Below, piece after piece: positions 45,521 through 55,708 of a stretch of DNA of 57,072 bases. The stretch is taken from positions 1 through 57,072 of the IMG/VR virus record IMGVR_UViG_3300020401_000021; one strand, written 5' to 3'. Numbering within the stretch: the stretch's first letter is position 1; every line of letters starts with the position of its first letter. Below the pieces are notes generated by a model. That model did no database searches and had not been told where the DNA came from. It worked only from the letters and a program-made list of their open reading frames with translations. This DNA is from a virus (lineage: Duplodnaviria > Caudoviricetes). A program made the translations under genes and the position numbers.

Positions 45521-48500
45521 AGTTTATCCTTGAGCTAATACCGCTACCACTTTTCTTTTTTCTTCCAGACGGCTCACCAGCAACAGCATCAACAAAGTCT
45601 TCTCGTAGTGCTGGCATAGACCCAATAGGTGGAGCAAACCTGTGGAATAACGTATCGACCATTTCTCGTTCTTTGTAGTTGGATGATGTTCCACCAAGAC
45701 TGTCGCTAATAATATCACTAATGCCAGAACCAACGGTAAGGCCATCGTTAAACAATCCCATTGACGGCCCAAGTATTACTTCACCAATTCTTACCTGACC
45801 AAATGCGCCGTTGTCTACGTTTGATCCAATGTCATATAACATTTCACCGATCAAACCCATGCCACCCATGACGACAAAGCCATCCCAATACCAACCTAGG
45901 TACTTAGCAGTGTCTTCATCCATGTCTTCAGCCCACGCAAACTGTTCGGCAAGTGAACGCTCTCTAAATTTAAACTCTCGGTTGTCTTCACCGCCACGGC
46001 CTTGAACAATATCTTTGATATTTGCAGCAGCAAAACCCATAGCTGGCGCTGCGGTATACATATACATTAACGGTGCAATGTCAGCATCCCTTGGGTTATC
46101 AAGAAACCTATTCCACGCTCTTCGATGTAAACGCCACATCATCATTGGGAATGATTTAAGTTGATACACAATCTTACCAACTGGCGTTTGACCCCAAACA
46201 GGATTATCAGAAGGGTTGGGCGTAAAGATTGCTTCGTTTGTAAACCTGTTTAACGCTGTAGCAACTTGGAAATACTCTTCGCTATGGTTGTCCATTACGC
46301 TTTCTAATTCTGGCGCATTGTTTTGATAGAAGTCTTGCAATCCGTAAGCATCCATCTGTCGTTTACCTATACGACCTTTGCGAGTGTTAGGCTCGTTAAT
46401 CGCCTGACGCTGCATCATCCGTAAATGTTCATAACCAATAGCTGACGCTAGGTTGCGCCACATTTCTGTCCAAGGTGTAAGAAGTGTTGCATTAAAGTAA
46501 CCATTGGTAAACTTGGTACTGTCAACACCAAAGGCTTGGGTCATGTATTTGTAAGTTATGTTCTCGGTAGCAGCCCCAATATTGCGCACCATTTCACGAT
46601 AATCTTCGTCAGTAGCATAATTTTTAATGCCCCTAACCCAAGCTTGGAAGTTGCCAGATTGTACTAACGGCAACATACTATCGCCCATTGACGTTAGTGT
46701 AGTAAACGGTAGCAATGTTACAGCGTTAAATCCTGTCAGCCACTTCTGAGTTGTCTCGGCCATTGAAGAGTATGCTGTTTCATCATTGATTGGTCTGCGC
46801 CTAACAGCGTTCAAGAAACCTCTGGCATGTAACTGGTTTTTTCTATGGACAGGCGACAACCCACCATTAGCCGTATGAAGACCATCAGCAATTGCTTCTG
46901 CTCTTAGCTTGAAGTTTCTTTGCTTTAGAAGCTCCATACGTCTTTCTTCTGGTGATAGTTCCGCAAGTTCGTTTTCTGAGCGTCGGTATATGCGGTTCAT
47001 ATACTCTGCCATCTCATGTTTCATCATTCCGCTTTGAGCCATCCTTACAAGCTCTCTAGCGTGATACTCTGCTCTGCCCTCTGCCAATAAGCTTGGTGGT
47101 GCTTCCATGTATGTAAAGTCAAACTTGTTTTCAACTATATCTTGGTCGGCTGGGTTGCGTACAAAACGTAGTTTAGATGAAACCTTTTTACCTTTTAGCA
47201 ACGAAGCAAGCGCATCAATACTTGATGGATTACTGTTCAACGCTATGAAGTAATCGTCAATAGCGTGATGTCCAGCGCCAAAGTTCTTAAACAAATCTAT
47301 ATCACGTTCCGCTGCATCAGCGTACTTACTAACTACAACCATAACGTCGTTTTCTAAATAATCAGAAAGATTGTTTGGGTTGCTTGGATCTATAAACTCT
47401 TGAAACAAATCAAGACGGATCATTCTTTGAAACGCATGATCTGAGTTGTTGTTGTCAGAAGGTGTACGCCTGATATTATTATCTGGCATACGTTGTACCC
47501 CATCATCAGCAACTAACTGATCTGCCATAGCTTTGGCTTTAAACTCAGCTTGTGCTTGTGTCATTGGGTTTTGTCGTCTTGGCCCTCTTGGTCTAACGCT
47601 ATCTTCTTTTAGAAAGTATAATGCTAAACGGCGCTCGAACTCTGCACGATCAGCTTCGATAATGTCTTTTCGGTAAACTTGTGGCACATAGTTGTTTTCG
47701 ATTTTACCAACGTTCATACCTTCACGACGCATACGTTGCATTGTCTGATCGAAGTAACCACGCACCATATCGTATATTTCTTTTTCAGCATCGCTAGTTA
47801 AGATATTACGATCTCCACGCCGCAAAGCTCCAATGATACGAAGGTGTGATGGTGGTTGAGAGGATCTATTAGACGGCACAAACCCAAGTGCATCCCCTGC
47901 TGCTTCGTACATTTGCACTGCACCATCTTTAAACCAGCGTGATACTAGGTTGCCGCCATCAGGTAGTGCGTTTAGCTTTTTAAGAAGTGGCGTACAAATT
48001 TTTGACACTGCTACCGCATGACGTTCATAGTGACCACCACCACCTTTAAGTGGGTTGAACACTTTAGATAAGAAAGTCATTCCTGAGTTTGCTAAAATTT
48101 CTGGGTTGTTGCGTGTTGTCCAGAATGTTGCGGCTTGTCGCATATTCTGTGCATCTGCTTCTGTTGCGTTTCTTCCTCGACGCAATCTATCTAACGTATC
48201 AACAAACGCTGGTGACACACCAACGCTTTCTAATGCGCTAAAGATAGAGCGACGCATGTTTTCACCGCCCTGATCGCCTAACGTTGCAGCTTCAATCCAA
48301 GTTGTGTTTGCGCTGGATGCGTTTGCATCTATGCCAACAGTGTGGTTTAAATCTGTTTCTGCAAAAGCATAGTCTCTAATGTAACGCATGTCAGACGAAT
48401 TAATTAAAGTCTTAACGCCGTTTACTTCGTAGCTAGTAAACTCAAGCTGCTTCATAATTCTGTTTAGCTTTTGTTGTGATCCAGCCATAGCAACAAGAGC

Positions 48501-51500
48501 GTTATAAACGTTGTTACCTCTGGGCAAATCTAAACTTTCAAGTTCACTTATTATATTACCGATAGCTTCTGCGTTTTGTCCTTCACTATCTCTCAATATT
48601 GCTGACGTTAGCTCTGTAAATACAGGATGGTTTGTTGTCACTTTGTTGTCGAACGTCGCTGGTTTTGTATCACGAACAAATACTGGCGTTGTTTCGATGT
48701 CAGCGTCTACACCGTAGAGAGTTTTAAGTTCGTCTCGCAAAGTTTTTTCATACTCAAACAAAAAGTTAGCATGACTTTTTACTGCTGGACTATCATCTGG
48801 CGAAAATTGAACGCGAGCTATTTCATCTGATGTTAAAGATATTTCATCTAATAAATCACTGACTTGCTCGCGCACCATTGGGTCGCTGTAGTTTTCTAAT
48901 AATCTATCTTTGTAGTTAGTAATAGTATTTGACGGCAATCTTCTAAGTTTAACACCAGAAGACAAGCCACCTAACTTACTGACGGCAGCATAATAAACTG
49001 TTGGATTGTCAGATTGTGTAAAGCGACGGGCTGCTGCTAGCTGTGTGTTTGACATATTTTCTATTACATCATCAACGTAAGCAGTAGCGTGTTCGGATGG
49101 GACTACCTCAGTAAAATGAACAGTGGGCGACCCCTTTTGTACTGTCACATCGGGAGCAATATATTCGCCTTGCGTCGGTATCAAAGGAAAGCGTTTTCTT
49201 GCAGATGGCTGTGCAATCAAACCTTTTGTTACTACACCAATTGCAGGGATTAAGTTTTGACGTACATCATTGATAGCATCTTCTAAATGAAAACGATCTT
49301 CACCAGACAGTTGTTCCATTAAATTCTTAACTGTAGTTGGTTTAGTTTGCATGTCTGTATCTTCAACGACAATGCGAGCCACCAAGTCTTTTGGTTCTAA
49401 ATCAAATTTAACTGCTAGCTTTTCAAGTAACTCTACACTTGTTGGGTCAATAATATTATCGTTAAACAAATACCCAGATAGTGTTGAGACGGGGCTAGTT
49501 ATGTCGTCAGACTTTTCTAACGTTGCTGCTTCTCTACGCATTATCTTTCTGAAGTCGTCATACTCTGGACTACGTGGATTGTATGGCAAGTCAGCGCCCA
49601 TATAAGCAAGCATACTTGACATTGTACGCAACACATATTCTGTTCGAGCTTTACGGTGAGACAGTGGTTCAAGCCATGACCTTAACGAGTACGGCGCTTT
49701 CGGAGGAACGCCATTACTTGTTGCTTCACCTTGGTTAAAATATTCTTTAGCTTCTTGAGCTTTAATAATAGCGTTATTAACTTCTGGGGGCGCATATTTC
49801 TTTCCTGTCTTTTTGTTTTTTCGTTTTTGCAGTTCATAGATAACCAAGTTTACATGGTCGTCGTTACCTTCGGCTTTCGCTTTCCAAGCAATGTCCATTA
49901 GTTCCATATAACTTGCGCCGTCTTTAAATATTCTAGCAGCAGTCGTTACTTCTACAGGCATTTCTTGGTGGCTTAAATCGACAGCGTGTTGAGCAACCTG
50001 TGTTCGCAATCTGGTTTGACCAAAGCGATGCCAGTTTGCTAGCAGTGTGTCTAAATCCATCTTGTTAAAATCAGGCAACGGTTCGTTTGCTTTAAGGGCG
50101 TTGTCTGCTGACTTGCGCATAGCTTCGTTTGCTACTGCTTTAATGTCTTTTGTAACTTTTACATGCTTGACTTGTCTTGCGTTGTTGATTGCTCTCATGC
50201 GGCTAACGCTATGTGCTTTACGTCCAGAAGACCCAACAGGCATATTTCGTCTGAAGCGTAACTCGGCTGGCATGTACTCAGGAATGTCACCGCCTGTTAC
50301 ATTTTTATATGCCATGTTAAGTGACGACAATATATTTTTATTAAAGCTTTCTAAAGTTGGGTCAGTGGGAGAAACATCTGATCCTTCTACAAGTGCAACC
50401 TTTTTGCCTGTCCATATATTTAAAGCGTTTTCAATTGCGCCCTCTTCTAAAGAACCAAGCACCATATTGTCGGCTGTTCTGGTATCTTCTACTCGAAGAG
50501 CATCACTAATGTTTTTTGCGTATCGCTTCATAACAATAGCGTAGCTTTTGATTGGGCTAAACACTCCTGGGTATGTATCATCAAACGGTACGCCTTTAAC
50601 AACTTTGCCATCTGATCTTCGTACTGAAGTTTTTTGTGCTGCTATCTTGGCGTCTTTTGTGTTGAACGCCATGCTTCGGTACAACGTTGCTAATTTGTGC
50701 AAAGAAAGTGCAGCCTCTTCTACATTGCCGCTAGCCATGTGAGCGTTTATTTCGTCTGCCGTTACCTTAACGTCATTGTACCTTACCCGTATTGATTTAC
50801 TAAAATCATTGGTTGGCTCAACAGGGTTTAGATGCGCAACCATAACTGCGTTGTCTTTGTCTGCAATTAGTCTTTCAAACAACGGTGTTAAATTGCTGTC
50901 TTCGTAAGCAGGGTTAGTAAGCTTTGTCCACAATGCTTTTGCATAGTTTTGGATTTTATCCCAAAGCGTCCAATTTTTTGGAGTAACCAAAGCATCATGG
51001 TGGTTCATCATGTACGCTACAAACTGATTAGCAAAGTATTCTTGTGGGCTAGTCTTGCTTACAATACCAGCTTCACCCACGTTAGGCAGTCTTATACCGT
51101 CTGAGTTCCTTAAAAAATTACCATCAGCATCGTACTCTGGCTTGCCGATAACAGGAAAAGCTTTTGGGTTTATTTTGCCGTTTTCATAATACTTAGATAG
51201 CTCTTGCCAAAACGCTAGCCTGTCATCCATTGTCATCATGTTTTTGTAAACCCAATGACCAACTTCGTGTAAGACTAGGTGTGTTGGTGTTACGCCTGTA
51301 TTTTTTACAGCGCCAGTATTTATTCGTATTGTATTTTGACCACTACGCCTACTTGGGCTAGCGCTTTGGAAGCCACTATTATTAACATTGTCTTCAACAA
51401 AACGTGGAGCAACGCCAGTGGGCAACACTATTTTAAGGACACGGGCTATTTCAGTTCGTGTTGCTGGTGATGCTTTTGTAAAAATACCTGTTGCTTGCTT

Positions 51501-54500
51501 AATACTTTCGTTAAGCGTAGTTGTATTTTGTCTAATTCCTTTATTAGCAACGCCCGTCAAAACTTTATAAGCATGACGCAAGTGTTCGACCCGTCGTTCA
51601 TAAGGAATGTTTACTGTTTGCACACCGCTTGATGTAGTAAACGAAACAGTTGCGTCCCAATCTCCATTCTCGCTTCGGTCAACCATACTATCTAATTCTT
51701 GTATGGAAATGTTAGCTTTGGAAAATTCTTTTAAACTTTTAAAGCGTGGGTTCTTTTCCATGCTTTGCAAAGTAAATAAAGAACGCACAATCTCTTCGCC
51801 GTCTGGTTCTGTTTGTAAGATGCTAGCCATGCTAACGCCAGTGTTTGCCGCTTGGCTTTGTGGCATTGGCATTGGTGGCGGTGTGTATGCTTCCTTAACA
51901 GGTTCGCCTGTAACTTCTGCCGTCTTTTGTTGTACTGGTGTTGGCTCTTTTTTATCAACCGCAACCATAGCTTGTTTAACTTTATATGGGTTAGACATAT
52001 CTCTGCGTCTAAAGTTTGCTGGTAGATAAGCTAAGTCCCAATCATCTGGTGAAGTCTTTGACCCAATAACGTCGTAAATTGTGTCTCCGTTTGCAATTTG
52101 ATTATCGCTTATCATCCTTGCGCTGTAAGTTGCTTGCTCTCCATTAACGGTAAACTTAAAGTTCGGGTCTTTCGGTATGGCTGCTAAGTTTAGTTTGTTA
52201 CCGTTGGCATCTGTAATTGTTGGCGGCATATCTTCTGCAACCGTGCCAACTGGATCGTCAAATAGTTGCTCACCCTTAATATTAACAACAGTCTTTTCGG
52301 GTTTTGGTGCTTCGACAGGTTTGTTTGCTGCATCAAGCTCAGCAATCTTTTGCAGATATTCGTTTTGCAAGTTGTCAAACTGATCCATGTCAGCCAAAGC
52401 TTTCGTTGCAAACTCTTCTTTTAGGCGTCTCTTTTCGCGCTCAAGGTCGGAAATGCTTAACGGTTGCTTTGACTGTTTCGGTACAGGTGCAACTGCAACT
52501 TGGCCTTGCACCATGTCTAAGGCATCTTCCTCAGTTATAAGGTGCAACTTAACTAAGCTTTCTACATTCCTGTAAACTAGATTTGTTCTCGGTGCGTAAT
52601 AAGCAACTTTATCTCTTCTTGTTAGGCGTGGGCCATCTGCAACAGGTTCATTACCTTGTGGTTTAAATTCATAAAATGTTGGTGGTGTGTCGCTTGCGTT
52701 AATAGACAAAGGATCGAAGTTACCTTTTTCGTCACTTGCCCGACGCATATACATTCTTTGGTCGCGCTCTGCTTCTAACTTAACAGCTTCTAAATTTAGA
52801 TTGCGCGTTTTTACTTTTGCTTTACGCAAGAACGCTTGTGTTTTTGCTTCTATTCTGCGTTCGCCACTAGATGTCACAACTTCTCGCGCAGATTTACCAG
52901 CGTATATATCCACGTTTTCCGTCGCTCGACCCATAGTTCCAGCAAGGCGTCTGCTTCTTTTAGCCAAAGCCTCTTTAGTAACAGTGTCTTGTATTTTTTC
53001 TTTTGCTTGATCTAAAAGCTTTTGTCGTTGTGCGCTAGTCAAGTCCTTTAAGTTTACGCCTTTAAGAGTAATATCTCGGCTTAACTTATCACTTGCGCTT
53101 TTAACACGTCTGTTTGTTTCACGCATTACAGCAAGCACTTCGTCTTGCGTAAGGTCTTCTATTTCGGGTAAATTTTTAAAAGCTTCTTTTTCAGCTTGTT
53201 TTTTGCGCCAGTTAATTACTTGCTGCTCTAAATTGTCAGCCATTTTTGTTTGCATATCTGGCGTAATTATTTCGCCTTTTACTCTGTCTGGTTTATTAAA
53301 CCTGTCTGGCGTAAATTCTTTTAGAATATCTTGTTGTTCTGATATGCGGTCTTGAATTTCTTTTGTTGCTCTAGCATCAAAGCTAGTCATGCCAGTTGCA
53401 ACACTAGCTTTTGTTTTTTCTATTTCTTTTTTAAGACGGTTCTTTTCATTTTGTTTTTCTGTTTTTTTGATTTGCGCTCGCAAAGATTTTATTTGATTGT
53501 CAGATGCAGCTTTAAGTTCTTTCTCGTAAGCAGTACGGTTTTTACCCATATCAGCTTGAAGGCTATCTATTTCTTTTTGCAGTGCATCATGGCGAGCAAA
53601 CAGTTCGTCAGCTTTATCGCCTGTGTAAACTTTTCTAGCGTCTTCAATAGATGTCACGCCTTTTTGCTGCTTTGGCGCTTCTACTTGTGAGCGAACGCCA
53701 CCCATTTTTTCTAACTGTTTGTCAGTTGGGCGACCTGTTCTTGCTTCAGCAGAGTAATCAGCAACATCAAAGTTAAATTCTTCAACGGCAAGGTCGTGTA
53801 CTTCTTGACTAATCTCTCCATTTTCAAGGGCCGCTTTTGCTTTGCGTATTCTAAGCATTTTTATCTGGTCGGGCGTAAGCTCTAAGTTAGAAAGAGTTTC
53901 TGGGTCAACAAGTTCATTAACTTCGTCAATAAAGTCCATAAGTTGTTTATCAACGTTAGGGTCAAACGCTAAATCAGTTACTGCTTCTACGGCAAGAGCG
54001 TCCTCTTCTGGAACGGCTGCTGCTGTAGCTGGGCCTGGGGTTTCTGACGTTGCTTCTGGCGTTGGTTTTTCATCGCTCTTAGTTACCGTTGGATTTTTCT
54101 CAACGTAATCAGTTAACGCATCAACGGATCTTTTTGTAAAATTACCTTTGCTAGTCACAGGAATTGTGCCGTCTTCAACTAACGACTTGATGTCAACGCG
54201 AGTAATTAAATTTTGATTTATTAAGTTCTCAACTGCTTCACGAAACTTTTTACCATTAGCCGCTACAGGTATTTCGTAATCAATATCAGTAACAAGCGGT
54301 TCAACATCTGCTGGCTCTTCGGGTGCTTTAATTCCGCTTAACTCTTGATTAAGGTTTCTAATTTGTTGCTGTTTAGCTTCGATGTCTGCAATGCTAGCTT
54401 TGCTTGGATCGCTAGCTTCTGCCATAAGATTTTCTAATTCTTCTTCAGCTTTTAATATCTCAGAAAACTTTGCATCTGCTGCTGCAACTTGTTTGTTAAT

Positions 54501-55646
54501 TTCTGCAAGCTCTGCGTCTATTGCTTCTAAGTCGTCTTTAATTCTTTGAAGCTCATAACGCTTTGCGCCAGACATACCTTCTGCCGAACCTTCTTCAAAG
54601 ATAGCTCTATATTCTTTTAGTATTTGCTCACGTTCGGCTTGTAAGTTTCTTTTCTCTAAATCTAAATCAGTAAGCTCTCTGCTTTTAGCGGCCCAAGGAC
54701 GTACACCAGCTTCGCCAGTAATACCGATAGCACTTGGCCCAGCCACACTTCTGTTTGGTGGTGGTGTAACTGATGGGTCGCTTTCGTTTTCACCACCGCG
54801 TTCAGCACGTTTACGAGCAGCACGGGCCTCTGGTGTGTTATCTGCCAGCAGTAATCTTTCATCGCTTTCAAGCTGTAGTTGATCTGGCGTTACATCAGGC
54901 ATTTCTGTTGGAGTAACTAATGCTTGTTCTTCTGGCGTTAAATCTTTGCTAGTTGTGTAACGTGCAGCAGCACCACCCAGCAATCGTCCAGCACCATAAC
55001 CAGCAGTACCACCTAATGCAGTAGCTGCCGCTGTTCTTACAGGATTAAAGTCGTCAGTAATACCTTGTTGGATTTCGGTAGCCTGTGCGCCAATGTCAAA
55101 GCCGCCTTCGATAGCAGCGTTTATCTTAGCTTCAGAAATAGCACCACGTTTTGTACCTTCACGAACACCCAAAGCAGCAGCTTCTGTAGGGTTAACGCCT
55201 TTAGAAAGCGCCGCAAGTCTTGTTGCTTGTGCAACTTTCCCTGCTGATACTGTGGGTATAATGTTAACTGGATCAAGTATAGCACCAGTACCGTAGTCAA
55301 TTGCTTTATCTAAAAATCCACCACGCGATGGAGCATTTCGCCATGCGTGACTTAAACGTGCCATACGCTCTCTGTCGCTGCCGCCCATAGCGTACTCGGC
55401 TGCACCGCCTAATAAGCTGACAGAGTTTACGTCTCGCCACCTTCGATCAGAATAAAACGTGTCCAGCATTTCTTTGTTATTGCTAAACATTTCTCCTTGA
55501 TCGCGGTAGTAAGTGCGAACATCATTTAAGAAATTTCGGTTGTTTAAAAGTTCTGCACCCGAAAACCCAGAGTAGTCTGTGTTTGAGGTTGCGGATTGGC
55601 GTTGCGCTCTAAGCGCCTCGCGGCGACGTTGTAATTCAGATGCCAT
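45504..55646 (-). CDS. Giant (3380 aa) internal virion/polyvalent protein with zincin metallopeptidase motif
   Basis: HEVGH at 51255-51269 with downstream EYFA; last gene of the late region; amphipathic C-terminus. Confidence 0.75.
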   Translation of the reverse strand: MASELQRRREALRAQRQSATSNTDYSGFSGAELLNNRNFLNDVRTYYRDQGEMFSNNKEMLDTFYSDRRWRDVNSVSLLGGAAEYAMGGSDRERMARLSHAWRNAPSRGGFLDKAIDYGTGAILDPVNIIPTVSAGKVAQATRLAALSKGVNPTEAAALGVREGTKRGAISEAKINAAIEGGFDIGAQATEIQQGITDDFNPVRTAAATALGGTAGYGAGRLLGGAAARYTTSKDLTPEEQALVTPTEMPDVTPDQLQLESDERLLLADNTPEARAARKRAERGGENESDPSVTPPPNRSVAGPSAIGITGEAGVRPWAAKSRELTDLDLEKRNLQAEREQILKEYRAIFEEGSAEGMSGAKRYELQRIKDDLEAIDAELAEINKQVAAADAKFSEILKAEEELENLMAEASDPSKASIADIEAKQQQIRNLNQELSGIKAPEEPADVEPLVTDIDYEIPVAANGKKFREAVENLINQNLITRVDIKSLVEDGTIPVTSKGNFTKRSVDALTDYVEKNPTVTKSDEKPTPEATSETPGPATAAAVPEEDALAVEAVTDLAFDPNVDKQLMDFIDEVNELVDPETLSNLELTPDQIKMLRIRKAKAALENGEISQEVHDLAVEEFNFDVADYSAEARTGRPTDKQLEKMGGVRSQVEAPKQQKGVTSIEDARKVYTGDKADELFARHDALQKEIDSLQADMGKNRTAYEKELKAASDNQIKSLRAQIKKTEKQNEKNRLKKEIEKTKASVATGMTSFDARATKEIQDRISEQQDILKEFTPDRFNKPDRVKGEIITPDMQTKMADNLEQQVINWRKKQAEKEAFKNLPEIEDLTQDEVLAVMRETNRRVKSASDKLSRDITLKGVNLKDLTSAQRQKLLDQAKEKIQDTVTKEALAKRSRRLAGTMGRATENVDIYAGKSAREVVTSSGERRIEAKTQAFLRKAKVKTRNLNLEAVKLEAERDQRMYMRRASDEKGNFDPLSINASDTPPTFYEFKPQGNEPVADGPRLTRRDKVAYYAPRTNLVYRNVESLVKLHLITEEDALDMVQGQVAVAPVPKQSKQPLSISDLEREKRRLKEEFATKALADMDQFDNLQNEYLQKIAELDAANKPVEAPKPEKTVVNIKGEQLFDDPVGTVAEDMPPTITDANGNKLNLAAIPKDPNFKFTVNGEQATYSARMISDNQIANGDTIYDVIGSKTSPDDWDLAYLPANFRRRDMSNPYKVKQAMVAVDKKEPTPVQQKTAEVTGEPVKEAYTPPPMPMPQSQAANTGVSMASILQTEPDGEEIVRSLFTLQSMEKNPRFKSLKEFSKANISIQELDSMVDRSENGDWDATVSFTTSSGVQTVNIPYERRVEHLRHAYKVLTGVANKGIRQNTTTLNESIKQATGIFTKASPATRTEIARVLKIVLPTGVAPRFVEDNVNNSGFQSASPSRRSGQNTIRINTGAVKNTGVTPTHLVLHEVGHWVYKNMMTMDDRLAFWQELSKYYENGKINPKAFPVIGKPEYDADGNFLRNSDGIRLPNVGEAGIVSKTSPQEYFANQFVAYMMNHHDALVTPKNWTLWDKIQNYAKALWTKLTNPAYEDSNLTPLFERLIADKDNAVMVAHLNPVEPTNDFSKSIRVRYNDVKVTADEINAHMASGNVEEAALSLHKLATLYRSMAFNTKDAKIAAQKTSVRRSDGKVVKGVPFDDTYPGVFSPIKSYAIVMKRYAKNISDALRVEDTRTADNMVLGSLEEGAIENALNIWTGKKVALVEGSDVSPTDPTLESFNKNILSSLNMAYKNVTGGDIPEYMPAELRFRRNMPVGSSGRKAHSVSRMRAINNARQVKHVKVTKDIKAVANEAMRKSADNALKANEPLPDFNKMDLDTLLANWHRFGQTRLRTQVAQHAVDLSHQEMPVEVTTAARIFKDGASYMELMDIAWKAKAEGNDDHVNLVIYELQKRKNKKTGKKYAPPEVNNAIIKAQEAKEYFNQGEATSNGVPPKAPYSLRSWLEPLSHRKARTEYVLRTMSSMLAYMGADLPYNPRSPEYDDFRKIMRREAATLEKSDDITSPVSTLSGYLFNDNIIDPTSVELLEKLAVKFDLEPKDLVARIVVEDTDMQTKPTTVKNLMEQLSGEDRFHLEDAINDVRQNLIPAIGVVTKGLIAQPSARKRFPLIPTQGEYIAPDVTVQKGSPTVHFTEVVPSEHATAYVDDVIENMSNTQLAAARRFTQSDNPTVYYAAVSKLGGLSSGVKLRRLPSNTITNYKDRLLENYSDPMVREQVSDLLDEISLTSDEIARVQFSPDDSPAVKSHANFLFEYEKTLRDELKTLYGVDADIETTPVFVRDTKPATFDNKVTTNHPVFTELTSAILRDSEGQNAEAIGNIISELESLDLPRGNNVYNALVAMAGSQQKLNRIMKQLEFTSYEVNGVKTLINSSDMRYIRDYAFAETDLNHTVGIDANASSANTTWIEAATLGDQGGENMRRSIFSALESVGVSPAFVDTLDRLRRGRNATEADAQNMRQAATFWTTRNNPEILANSGMTFLSKVFNPLKGGGGHYERHAVAVSKICTPLLKKLNALPDGGNLVSRWFKDGAVQMYEAAGDALGFVPSNRSSQPPSHLRIIGALRRGDRNILTSDAEKEIYDMVRGYFDQTMQRMRREGMNVGKIENNYVPQVYRKDIIEADRAEFERRLALYFLKEDSVRPRGPRRQNPMTQAQAEFKAKAMADQLVADDGVQRMPDNNIRRTPSDNNNSDHAFQRMIRLDLFQEFIDPSNPNNLSDYLENDVMVVVSKYADAAERDIDLFKNFGAGHHAIDDYFIALNSNPSSIDALASLLKGKKVSSKLRFVRNPADQDIVENKFDFTYMEAPPSLLAEGRAEYHARELVRMAQSGMMKHEMAEYMNRIYRRSENELAELSPEERRMELLKQRNFKLRAEAIADGLHTANGGLSPVHRKNQLHARGFLNAVRRRPINDETAYSSMAETTQKWLTGFNAVTLLPFTTLTSMGDSMLPLVQSGNFQAWVRGIKNYATDEDYREMVRNIGAATENITYKYMTQAFGVDSTKFTNGYFNATLLTPWTEMWRNLASAIGYEHLRMMQRQAINEPNTRKGRIGKRQMDAYGLQDFYQNNAPELESVMDNHSEEYFQVATALNRFTNEAIFTPNPSDNPVWGQTPVGKIVYQLKSFPMMMWRLHRRAWNRFLDNPRDADIAPLMYMYTAAPAMGFAAANIKDIVQGRGGEDNREFKFRERSLAEQFAWAEDMDEDTAKYLGWYWDGFVVMGGMGLIGEMLYDIGSNVDNGAFGQVRIGEVILGPSMGLFNDGLTVGSGISDIISDSLGGTSSNYKEREMVDTLFHRFAPPIGSMPALREDFVDAVAGEPSGRKKKSGSGISSRINSKIDY

Positions 55647-55698
55647 AAAAGGTACTCCATTTAACCTTAATTAAAAAGTAAAAGAGTAACCTTACTTA

Positions 55699-55708
55699 GT
55701 CGTCCCTA
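55699..55708 (-). promoter_or_regulatory. TAGGGACGAC late promoter-like motif
   Basis: Overlaps the upstream TAG, ~53 nt before the giant gene start. Confidence 0.6.

Noticed and set aside
45504-55646. N4-like virion RNA polymerase, suggested by size
   Set aside because: No T7-type or NADFDGD-type catalytic motifs seen; HExxH and position fit an internal polyvalent protein
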